Assembly (NCBI GenBank): GCA_000708835.1
Contig: DF237076.1
Coordinates: forward strand, 1-64,000
DNA from: Klebsormidium nitens
Taxonomy: Eukaryota > Plantae > Klebsormidiophyceae
Length of the DNA: 64,000 nucleotides
Direction of reading: 5' to 3'
In this document: one piece after another, positions 23,833 through 35,455 of the stretch
How positions within the stretch are numbered: the stretch's first letter is position 1
Layout: the number at the start of each line of letters is the position of its first letter
The notes under the pieces: generated by a model
Databases searched by the model: none
Seen by the model: the letters and a program-made list of their open reading frames with translations, nothing else
Told to the model about the DNA's origin: nothing
Translations under genes and position numbers: made by a program

Positions 23833-26800
23833 TTACATGATATCCGGGCAAGCACTCCAATCCCGTCTCTCGCGCGCCTTCCAGTACTCCCCATTGAAGA
23901 CCCATGCCGCCTGCCCTTCGTCCTTCGCCGTCTTGACGTTCACTTCTCCCGGAACGGCCTGCACGTCAGAAGGTGGCGTCAGGATGCGGAGAATCTTCAG
24001 TGAGTTTGAAGCGGAACCTTCAAACGGTTCGACCAGAGTAGCTTGTAAATCAGACTTTGTTTAATGCTTTAGCCACGGAAGTTGCTTCAATAGGCTGGAT
24101 AGGACCCTCCTCTCGGTGCTATTGCAGCAAGACCGACTGAACTGACAAGAGAGGGCTTTAGATGAACGGCATTCTTCTGCGATTAAACAGACCCGTGTGA
24201 CTGTTGCCGCACTTTTCGGATCATTCTAACGCGGTTGCTTTTTAGAACACCGCAGTTCCCAATTCCGATCAAAATGTGAGAGAAGGAACGACAAGGCCGT
24301 CTTCAAGGCCATACCTGCGGCTGCCAGTCGATAAGAGCACCACTTTCAGGAGCTTAAGGCTTTAACACGAGATCCGGCCTAAGGGCGGCATCCAGCGCCG
24401 CTTGCGTAGCCGGTTCGGCTGCTGCGGTTCCTTTTCATTCACGTATCCAAACGTTCTCATATGTGAACCCCCAGGAAGAAAAGCAGACGGCCAAGGCCCA
24501 AAAAACATCACAAACGGGCTCTAAACGAAACGCAGAAACCTGCAAATTCCTGCGGTACAGTCAACTTCTGCGCACCTGGGTGAACCAGCGGCCCTGCCAC
24601 TCTTTGCCCTCCGCCTTGAGCTCCTTGCGCGTGGCGCGCTGCTTCTCCTCGAGGCGCGCCTTCTCCTCGTTAGACCGATCGTGCTCGCCATCCTCCAGTG
24701 CGCGCTGGTCCGGCCGCAGCCGCGAGTCTGTCGGGGGGAGCTCCAGCGCCAGCTGGGGAGTGATCTCTGCAAAGGACAAGGTTGGAAGATTCACACAGAG
24801 GGGCAACATCCGAGAAGGTGCGCGCTCACCAAGGGCGTCAGCAAAAGACAGCACATCTGAGAAAGTGCGCGCGTCCAAGCGCGTCAGCAAAAGACAACCT
24901 TTTCCTAGTTAGGGCTCTCTTTACTATCCGCCAAGTTTGCTAATTCGGGTCCCAAAGACTGTCCGACCGACACTGTCTTGCACGCGGACTTTTCAGGACG
25001 CGACACGGCCAAGCCGTTTTTGATGACGAGACTCTCGCGAGCAGACTTCGAAGACCTGACGCAAAGCAGGTGCAGCAAGGCAATCTCACCGTTGAGCGTG
25101 ATCGCAAACTGGGTCATGCCGTACTGCGAGAACGAGTCTTCGACGGGCGGGTTCGCTTTCCAGACTTGGAACGGCCGCACGAGGCCCTCTGGTTTCCCGG
25201 GCTCGGGCGTCGCGTACATGTCGCGCATGAAGCTGCCCGTCAGCGTCCACTGCAACTCCCCGCGGGCGTTGTACACCTGCGCCGGGGGGCTTAAAGTCGC
25301 TCCTCTAGTTGTCTCTCCATCAACTCTGCTTGAATGGCTGGGTGACTCTCGCAGCCTCATTAGTTGAGCAGATGAGCAGAGACAAACGCTCAACCTGAGG
25401 ATTTGGACTTGGTCCCTTTTCGGAAGTGGGGAACTCAATTACGATACGATAATCACAGATGAAAACAATTTGAGGCCACCGCCGAGATGCGCAGAAAGGA
25501 TGATTCTTGGATCAATCAGAGACACGCGGATTCCACCCCGGGAAGAGCAGCGACTTCCGTTGTGGGGACGCACCTTTCCGGAGATGGCGCTGTCCTCCTT
25601 GCCGCTGGGCTTGAGGAACTTGGTGCGCGACGTGTCGCCCGTGCTCAAGTTCTTGACCACCAGCTCGCCGTGCTGGTCCAGCCACATCTTTCCAATGAGC
25701 ACGTTGTGCACGCCGGTCGCGACCTTGTTCCACACGTAGTGGTCCCCGTGCTTGGGAAATTTGGTTTGCACTAACCCGAGCGGAACCACCTCCAGGAACT
25801 GCCCCCAGAACTTGCTCGAGATCTCAATCTCGCCCTCGCAGGTGTAGGCGCCGTCGGTGGTGGACACGTGGACAGCCGTGATGGGCGGGTGGTGCACGAC
25901 CTGCGGTTGGGAGGTGGCTTCGGAAGTTGATTTAGGTGTTCACTTTTGCGACAAGAATGATATCAACGACGGCTTGAAGGGGTGTCTCTTCGTGATGGCG
26001 ATGGCCAGGGTGGGCAGAGGCTAAAGAACAGTGCTCAAAGGGGCAAGAGTAGACACTGGAAGTTTTGAACCACAACGGACCTGAAATCGTAAGAACTGCC
26101 TCTTTGTCTGGACGACGCAATCTGATCACCATCACAGCACGTCTCAGCAAGATCTACTGCCTAAGACCGTCTTAACCTGACAATCCGGACAAACCACAGT
26201 CAACGTCAGCTTAATGTCCCAGTCTACTTCCTCTTTGAAAGCATCGGTACGACTTTCAAACGACAGTTCTTGCGAAATGCCCCCGCTGCCCACCTGTTCG
26301 GCGATCAGGCGGGTGCGCCCATCGGCTGACTGCCACTCAAAGGTCTCCCCAAGGAGGGGGTTGAAGGGCTTGGACACGCGGTTGAGGGTTCCCTCGTAGG
26401 CTGTCACGGCAAACGCAGTCACGTACAACAGGCGGTCGACTGAGGATTCGCAGGCGTTGCCTTTGTCCAGCAAATCTCTGCGAGCCACGAGGCAAGCTAA
26501 GTACGTCAGCAGAAGCGCTGGGACTGGCAATCAGCGTGACTGCTGGACGTAAAGGGGGAGGGTGGTATACGACTAAGAAAGAAAGCAGTCGGAGTGAGCC
26601 TCGTCTCCACGACGCCCAGAAAGCCACAATGAATCCATTTGAACGTCAGCCGTACGGAAGAATAAAGGGAAGGAAACAGTACTTTGGGCTGTCGACAGAC
26701 GTTCAGTTAGCAAAACAAGATGAAAGAGCAGGAGTGGCCAGCGCAACTGCGCAGGCAACAGGCCGGGAGTATACTTCCAAGTTTGTCAAAGTTCCATGGT

Positions 26801-29800
26801 CAAAAGAAACTGCTTTCCGCAGCCCCACCTGTATTGCAGCTCCTCCGCAGTCCTCTGCAGTCCAGACAGCGGCTCGTTGATGGTTGCGGGCATGCTGATG
26901 CGAGTCAGGTCCTTGCCGATGGCGTCCTTCAGCATTTTCCACACGTTGATGCCCCGGTGCAACGGCCGGGCCGCAGGGAGCCTGAGACCAAACATAGGCA
27001 CCACTTGTGAGAACAGAGAATAAGCACGAAATGCAAACATAAACCCTATATGCAGACCTTTTGGAACCTCCAGAAAGATTGCACAAGTCGAACTGACCAA
27101 TTAGAGCAAATGTGTGCACAAACCACCAAACCGATACGGAGCTTCTTGATTGCGGCAGGCTCTCAACGAACCTCGACCTTCCCTCACTTGGCGCAACCAA
27201 AGACAAGTACTTCCCCGCTGTCGGAGAGAAACCTATTCCATCCGACCTCAATCTCCAGGTTCCAGATGTCAGTCCCCGGAACCCAAACGTCCCAGTTCCT
27301 ACCTCTTCCTGGGCACATAGCTGTACGGGCCCTCCTTCTCCTCCTCTGCGTCGGAGCTGCCATCGTCGGGCGGCTCATTGCCGATGTCGTCCGGACCGCC
27401 GTCCACGATATCCTCGTTGGCATTGCGTATCAGGTAGTCGCGCTGGTTGAGCACCTCGAGCGCCTCGAAGTACCGCTGCGAATAGGGAGGAAGGATTCAG
27501 GACTTTGTACATTAAGGTATACATCCAAGGCGCGGACTTGCAGAAAAGGGCATGCCGCTATCTCGCCATAGATTGTGACACAAATGCGAGCTCATGAAGC
27601 AAAGTGTTCCCCTCAAGTAGGTTGCAACCTTAGTAATCCCACCCTTAGCAGCTGCATGAGTTCGACACGGCCTCTTTATCAAAGTTTGTCGAAATGAGTA
27701 CGTTGACACCTGGTCAAAAGATGCAAGATGCAAGCTGATTCTGCGATCTGCGTGTGCGTCTTCTCCAAGGTTTGTTCATGTGTTGCCTTCTTACCTCTTC
27801 GCCGTCTGGAGCTGTTAGATTACCATCGTCTTCGCTGAAAGCCCCTTCATCGGAAGACAAGTCCCCTTCCTCCCCCTCCGTGTGTACAAGGAACTCCGTG
27901 GAACTCTGTACGATGACAAAGCCAAGTGAGATCTCAGAGCTGGAGGTCAAAACGTGGTTCGAGAGCGGTTCCTTTCCCTTCTTTCTTCCTGCCTAAGACA
28001 AACGTTCACATTTTGAACCTTTCTATTCCGTGTATACAAATACTACTGCGGGCAAAGTCCAATGTTGACGAGGGAATGTGCCTCCGTTGTCCCTGCTCAA
28101 TAAGGAACTCAACAGCTCCTCTAAATAAGACTCTTTACAGCAGCTGTCTCCTTGAGATTGATTGTGAAGTACGTTATCAGCATCTTGCCAAAAAAGGATA
28201 CTACAAAAGGTACTACCAAAGTAGAACCTTCGACGTTTCTACCAGTCCGTCTTAGCCAAGTGCCTTCAGGCAGGTGGACCCTTCCAGAGAATGTTTGCCG
28301 CGTAGCTATCTGGGACTCGAATATCGCGCGTGCCCGATCTATCAGTAATCAGGAGACCTTTTGTAATTGATCTGCTCTGTGAAAGTCTCCTCAGCAACGC
28401 TTTCTAAGTTGCAAAGCAACTAGGTACCTAGTGGGACAATTTGAGACCCTGAGCCTGCACTCAAATGCTCCTCAGTGCTTCGTGTTACGAACTGAGAACC
28501 CAACGGTGTCGCAATCCTAAACAGACGGACATAGGGAAGATACTGAGGTCACAAGAAAGTCGCAAAGGGTGTTGCAAAACCATAAGCTAGGTACCTTACC
28601 TTATGCGGGATGCCCAGCTTGGCCCTGAGCTTGTGCACCTCACTGCGCATCTTCGGCAGCTGCGCAACCGACTTGAGCAGCACCACATTCTCCGCCTCTA
28701 GTTCCATCACCCGAATCACCTCCTCCCTCAGAATCTCCTCATACGAGACCTGCAGCCTCTGCCAAGTCCTCTGCAGTGGTGTGAACTGGCCCCCGACAGG
28801 CAGCCCAGTGCCCATTCCCACCGGCACGCTTGCCCCTTCCTGCGCTTGCTGCGACTCAACCAAGACTGCGGTGGTAGCGTCCTCAAGAGCATCCGGTTTT
28901 GCGGTCCGGAACCGCTCGAGCTCAGGTTCTGCATTGCTGGGAGGCCTTGTCTCCGAAGGACCTGCCTGCGCGCCCTCCTCGTGGATCTCAGCACTCAGCC
29001 GCGAGGGGGCCTTCCGCGAGAACGCCTCGCTGTCAGAGAGCGCGTCCTTATGCAGCGGGGATTTAGTCGCCGTCTTGGACCGCCCGTTTGCCTCTACAGC
29101 AGGTTTTGCAGCCAAACCTGCGCCGTTGCCCCTGCTGGACGATGCCTTGGAAGAGGCCCCAATGCTGCCGCTGAGGTCACGGAAACTCCCACCAACGTCA
29201 TCGCCCTCGTCAGCGCTGACGTCGCCACTCCTGCGCAGGCTCGCCTTCTCTCCTGCCCACCCGAAAAAGCGCGCGCTCCTCCCCAGGCCCCCCCCCCGAC
29301 TGGGGCTTGTGGATAAGGAGCCAGAGCCCCCCCTGCTGAGGGGTTCGTGGTTCTGCGAGTCTAGGCTTCTCAGCGAGGACTGCGAGTTGTTCTCCGGCCT
29401 TAGCGCCTTCAGGGAGCGATCCAAAGAGCTGAAGGAGCTGGGGTCTGTGAACTGTGACACAACCGGGGCTGTGTCGGATGAGAGCGAGAGGCTGCTGGCG
29501 GCCCCCAGGAAGACTTGCTGGAAAGAGTGAATCTGGTTCACAAAGGCTGCGGACAGAAATGACGATTAAAACGATTAGATAGGTGGAAGGGCGATTCGTC
29601 AACAAGAGGAGGAACACGACCAACACGAGACCTGTACTTGATACTGCTGGTCATTCACCCCAGCCCCAAAGGCCCTAGTAATTTAGGGCTCAGTGTGAGA
29701 AACACTTGCCAACTACCACTAACAATTTTCCGGAGATCATGTTTAAAAGCAACAGTACTGAGCCACCTCAAATGGCACACTCGCACCTCAGAAACTCACG

Positions 29801-31702
29801 AGATAGTGCAGAGGTTTTACAGAGCTCTGGGATGTCAAGCTGACCTTGTTTTTCAGGTTCGAGGCCTTGTAGCCTCTCCAACATACGAGAAGTCAGCTCC
29901 CGCTCTCTTTCCTGCCATTCTGCAGTCTTCTCCTGCAAGACAAGTGGGACTCGATACTTACAACCTCACTATTTCATTATACTGTCTCCTTTCAGCAGAT
30001 GGATGTGCCCGTCATGTAATGTCAATCCAGTCAAGGAGCGCAGAAGATTTCAACAAGAAGCGTCATTTGACGCAACAAGAGTCGTACAAGTCACAGCGCA
30101 TGGGGCACCGGCAATGTTGTCTTCAAAGTCGTGACTGCAGAATGCGTACCTGGATGTCTCTCTCCGTGATCAACTTGGGGACCTTCTGTGTTCCCCTGGC
30201 TGCCCTCTCCTTGATTTCCTTCAGCTGCTGAATGGACTCAAGGAGGTGGTCCACCCATTGCTGCATTTGCAGTAGGGGAGAGAAGCTAAGAACCTTGAGA
30301 GAGAGTCAGGCACTCCTTCAAGCAAGGAAGGACTGCGAGCAATGAGCGAAGTGTCAAAGACGCACAGCATTCGAGGCTTCAACCAACCAAAGATGCAGAG
30401 GTACGATACAATGAAGTACCGCATAGCTTCCACAAGCGACCAGCTTCAGAAATGTCTTGAAGACTTTTCTATAATAACCTTCTCAAAGATACCGTGATGA
30501 AGGTCAATCAATTCCCGATGATGCATCTGCCGCATTTTAGGATATGGCCTCCTCACATCACGGAACTCTCGGGAGATGGTCCGGAAGTGCCGCATCCCTG
30601 CCTTGGTGACGACCATGAAGTGGCGCTCCTTCTCCAGCCGGATGATGGAAGCATCCTGCGTAAACAGAAAGGAATTTGCATTAGGATCTTCTGGATTCTG
30701 TTCAAGCTACCTTCTGCTGGTTTCGGAGCTGCGTCTAAGAGGAGGACCATCCGGTTAGAAGTGGTTGGCTTCAAGTAAAAAGAAAATTCCTTTGGGGGAG
30801 CATGTGAAAGAAAACCCTAAAACCAAAGAAACCAATCAGGTTAGAGTCAGCTGCTCTGATCAAAAGCACGAGACCAAGGATTCCTACCTGGAGATCGATA
30901 GTGCCGACGCTCCTGTTGTCATCATTGCGGTGATAGAGAAGCACTCCTGGGGTCCGTGCTACACACAAACGACGTCTCCACCTGGGAGTAAGTGAAAGAC
31001 CTGTGGTCAATCACCATCCAGATTCAATCCTGTGCACTTAATGGTGCACATCGCCCACAAAACGACCAGAAAATGTTTCAAAGTCTCGCTCAACAACCTT
31101 GAAAATTTTAAAAACAGGCCCGAGGGCTAGCACACTGACAGCGTTGGAGCAAACGGTTGAGCTCTGACCACAAACAATTGGCCAACATCTTAAAGATGGT
31201 GTTTCCTGAAGCTGCACTGCAGTTGCTCCTTCAGATCTTTTTGAACAATTTCTACCCTGTCGAAATCTCCTCGTCGCTTTGAGAACTCACCTCTTCCAGT
31301 GGCCCACCCACATCAACAGGAAGCCCTCTGGCGGCTGGCCAGTCTCCTCAATGCTATCCGTGTTATTCTTGTAGTACCTGCCAAAGCACCATAAGAGATC
31401 CAACTTCACAACATCATTTCGGATTCATTCACAGCAATACAATCTCACAACCGGTAATTCACACCTACAAGCTCACAGACTGGACTTGCATGAACAACTC
31501 AAGCTCCAGATGCAACCTAAAAGCCATGAGTTCCTTACCTGCGCGGATCGTACACCTTCCGCTTTCTAATTCGCTCTGGACTGTGGCTGTCCTCGGCCGG
31601 TAGTGAGTTTGACCTCCTGTGACGGTGCTTCTTTGCCTTCCGCACCAATGCAGAGACTTGCTCTCTAGGCTTTGCCAGCAGGGACGGAAGGGGAGAGTCC
31701 AT
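23833..31702 (-). CDS. Oxysterol-binding protein-related protein with N-terminal PH domain (long ORP type)
   Basis: Probable ATG 31702 (MDSPLPSLLAK). PH-like exons: EGFLLMWVGHWKR, WRRRLCV..GVLLYH, GTIDLQ, QWVDHLLESI. ORD motifs: WKMLKDAIGKDLTRISMP..NEPLS.LQ, SKPFNPLLGETFE, AEQVVHHPP, SKFWG, GKMWLDQHG, PPTDSRLRPDQRALE, KARLEEKQR, F.GEYWKARERRDWSACPDIM* (TAA 23835-23833). Confidence 0.95.
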
Positions 31703-32899
31703 CTTGTATGCTTCCGGGCAACTTGAAGTGGAGCTTTAGGACCTACTTGCAAGTAGCACAACAATAACTTAACTTGCCTTCCCTGAACTCTACAGGAAAC
31801 CTTCCTCAAGCAGTTGTGTCCTCAAGAAAAGAAAGTCGAGCGAGAGGGACAACTCCGGTAGCACATGTACATGTATCAATTAGGCAATCGGACAAAATCA
31901 ATGCACCCATACCAATTGACACTAACTCAATGTGAACGAGCACTGCTTTAATGCGCACGGCCCATTCACAATTGTGCATCTCAACCTTGATTCTGCAATT
32001 GCTTCAATGGTTGAAGGCTGCGAGGCGAAGAAGAGAACCCTTTGATCCAACTACACTCGATCTCCAGAGAGGCACAACCCGCATACTGCCCTCAATCTGC
32101 CAATTCAAAATCGCCATGAGCTCTTTTCTTCTGCGCTAAAATTGGCCCAGAAGCAATGCGGGAGCGACAATGCCCATGCCAGCTTGTCACCAAACATGAA
32201 CTTCGGAAGGGCCAGCCTGGGCTGTGCCATGATTTTCGAACGATCTGGGGCCATCGCAGAGGCTGGATTCAAGAACGCAAGCGGGTTTTGCGGTAATGAG
32301 TCAGAGAAGAGGGGCTGAAAATGCTGAAGATGTTCGTTGGCAGGATCTGCACAGAGATTCAGCTTGATACGGTTTCGCAGATAGGTAGCAAGATTCCAAT
32401 CAGCACTGGCGAAGGATTTGCAACCATATGCCATTATGTTGTCAGCAGCATACGAGGCCCCACTAAAGGCATACGATTCTGAACAGCCGGAAAATTTAAT
32501 TAGTCGTTGCGCGAGTCTGTACCTTTAAAAGCCGGTTGTCTGTCTTCAAATGCAAGTCAAAACGAATGAAATGCGGCTGCTAGTGTCAATATCCTGTCCT
32601 TGAGGTTATAACTTCTTACGCACTTCCGAGGAGATATTATTGAAGTTTTGGGGCCATATGCCGCTAACTAACCTGCTTCACTTGTAGGAGTTCGTGGAGC
32701 CGGGACAGACCCCCGGTTGACCTGTGGTTCCCCGAGCAAAAATGCTTGCACGGCCTGCCGCCTGTCACCCCCTAATATTACCCCGGCCTGCTGCCCGGCC
32801 ATCTAGGACGGCGGGGCTTGAGTTTCCGCGGGTCCCCAAGCCTGTTGGGCGCGGCCGAATTGCTGCGCGCGCGACGGCGACCGGCCCGGGCCCACTGCA

Positions 32900-34110
32900 C
32901 TCCCAATGTCGCATGCGGGCAGCAAGGGGCACATAGCTGCCGAAACTTTAACACTAGGACCGTAGCTAAGTGTGACCATATGGTAACGCTTATTTTTTTC
33001 AGAAGTTACGCAAAAACCCTATGAAGACACTGGATATAAGTGCTCACATTACTCCTGGTTATTCTAGGGGTTATGGTTGAAAAAGTAAGTGTGATAGGCA
33101 GGTTGAACTCCAAGGCCAAGTGCTTGCTGCCAGCACATTTCAATAAGAGGTCCCAAAACCCTAATATGAGGGGAAATAAGCGTGACCATATGGTAACGCT
33201 TAGGAAAAGCGGTGGTTTTCATACCAAACCTACACGGAAACTTTTCAACCTTGTCAGGGGCCCTTATTGGGTCATGTTCAAGTTCTCTAAAACTTGAAAC
33301 CTCCAAAAACCTCTGTGACGTCATCAGCCCAAGTTGCTAACAATGGTCAAACAGGAGACGTCAGGCTGGGGACAAATTTGAGGCAAAAAACCCCTGTGAA
33401 ACCCATGTTAGAATGACGTCAGCTGGTTCCTTTTGACCAATGTCGTTCCTGGGTATGGTTAGGGGATACCTTAGGGTCAATGTTGACCAGCCATAGTCCA
33501 AGGGTTTGGGTTTTTGTATAAACCCACAGGGTTTTACCCAGTCAATACTTAAGCGTGACCATATGGTCACGCGTTACCATATGGTCACAGTTACGGTCCT
33601 AGTGTCAACTTTGGCAACTTTCGAAATCGGACACCGGACGGTCGTTGTCCGCAGTCCTTATTTTGGGACGCGGTTGGTACCGGGCCTGCTTTTGCCGGAC
33701 TAAATAATGCTCGGGTTAGCCTGCAAACCACATTAAAATCCTAAGAATAGTGACTTAGCCGTTAGTAGGAACCCTAATCTGAGAGCAGTCACAGGAAAGG
33801 GAGTAACCCTAACAAACCGTCACAGGAAGTGGCGTAACCCTAACACACTATCACTGCTTTGTAGCGCGAGACCCTAAGGTCACTAGGAGTGCCCGGTTGC
33901 TTACCACTCGGACCGTACGGTACTGAGGACGGTACCGGACTCGGCCCGTGAAATGTGGCAGCAAGTTGGAGTGTGGAATCTGGATCCTGCGGACGGTACA
34001 CGATCGAACGGTGACACGCATATGACTGTCCGCAGTCCGACGTCCGATTTCGAAAGTTGACAAAGATTCGGCAGCTTTGGCCGTTTTGCATGCGGGCAGG
34101 CAGGGCCGCA
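32900..34110. repeat. Palindrome-rich non-coding element with nested inverted repeats (foldback/non-autonomous TE-like); ends approximate
   Basis: GTGACCATATGGT(A/C)ACGC at 32972, 33182, 33555 and inverted at 33571-33588. Perfect 20-bp palindrome 33553-33572. IR acactaggaccgta 32951-32964 / 33592-33605. IR caactttcgaaatcggac 33615-33632 / 34042-34059. 31-bp tandem 33788-33848. AAACCCTAA telobox at 33156. Confidence 0.75.
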
Positions 34111-35455
34111 GCCCAATGACTGCTTATATATCAGCTTTTGCCCGAGCTGAGCTTTGAAACCGAGACACCTCACGACATTGTAATTTGTCTGAGGATCGTA
34201 TCCTCCGGGCTTTGACAACGACCGGGATCACGTCTTATAGGATCTAACAATGGTAGATGCCATGATGTTGTCTTTCAATAAGGGTCAAGCCAGTGGTCCA
34301 TTAAAAATTCAAACCGTACTAAGGCAGCTTCCACTGGCAACATGGCATCCTATTATATAGGATCCGACGACTGGCAGCTAGAGCCGGAGTACTAAGATGT
34401 CCGCATGCTTCTACTTTTCTTCGAAGCTGTTGCAGTGCGGTGACACGTTAGTACCATTCAGAAGATTGAAGCAAGTGAGTCGTCAGTCGATCTTTCAACG
34501 ACACACGTTTACGTTTTTGGCGCTTTCTCCCCAGCTTAGGTGTGGACAAACCGGATAGTACGTTGCACTCGATTGGCACAAGGAAAGGGATCAAGCTAGC
34601 TCAGAATGATCACATCAGACATTGCATCTCTTCTTTTCAGGTCGATACAGATGTTAGCACTGCCTACCTCCGATCGAAGCACTGCTTTGGGTGCCAAATC
34701 AAAGACGAAGCTTCAAAGCTCTTCAACCTTCATGATCAAATGTCACATGAAGGTAGATTGCATGAAGCAAGTAGCGAAGCGCATTACGAAGGATCCCGGC
34801 CATTCCTGCTACCACTGTGACCGAGTGTGTGCATCAGTAGTGCTGACGTCTTCTGTTCCACGTTGTCAGCCCCAATTTGTGCACACTACCTAGGCTTCTA
34901 TTCGCCTTCAAGCTCGGAAAGCAATCTAACCCTATCCGCTCTTCTGCTCGCACTAAGAAGCCAAACCAACATCTGATTGCAGAACTGCTAGTCACACAGG
35001 TTCACCGTGGGCAATGACGCCTATCGAAGAATAAGGTGTTTTATTCGAACAAGTTGTCTCCATAAAATATTCTGCTGGAATAAGTTAACGTCCGACTTGA
35101 CAACAAGGGGGGCAGGCCGGGTGTACACGAGATGTAAGCCACAGTGCCCCTAGCCCTGCTGGCCCAACGAAGATCACATCATTATCCCCGACCCGATCCT
35201 CGCTTCAACAGCTGTCCGTGCTTAGACCCACGACCCGCGACCCACGACGGCTGTCTCCATGTTTCATCTTTTCATGTTTTCTCTTCGTTTCCACGTTCAT
35301 CACCGGCCATTTTAAACGCTAACCGGCTGGACATGATCCCCTCTCTAAGAACCGTCCCCTTCCCTTGCGCCGCATTGCCCATTCCTCTTTCCATTCATCC
35401 CTCCGATTACCGTTCACCTAACCGCGCAATCGACAATGGACTCACTACGAGACAT

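Noticed and set aside
28192-28201. GTATCCTTTT on the minus strand as a U12-type 5' splice site in the OSBP gene
   Set aside because: No TCCTTAAC-like branch point is visible before the next acceptor, and the preceding sequence looks like a polypyrimidine tract rather than exon.
28610-29530. 306-aa plus-strand ORF
   Set aside because: Antisense to a large in-frame OSBP exon; GC-rich shadow ORF.
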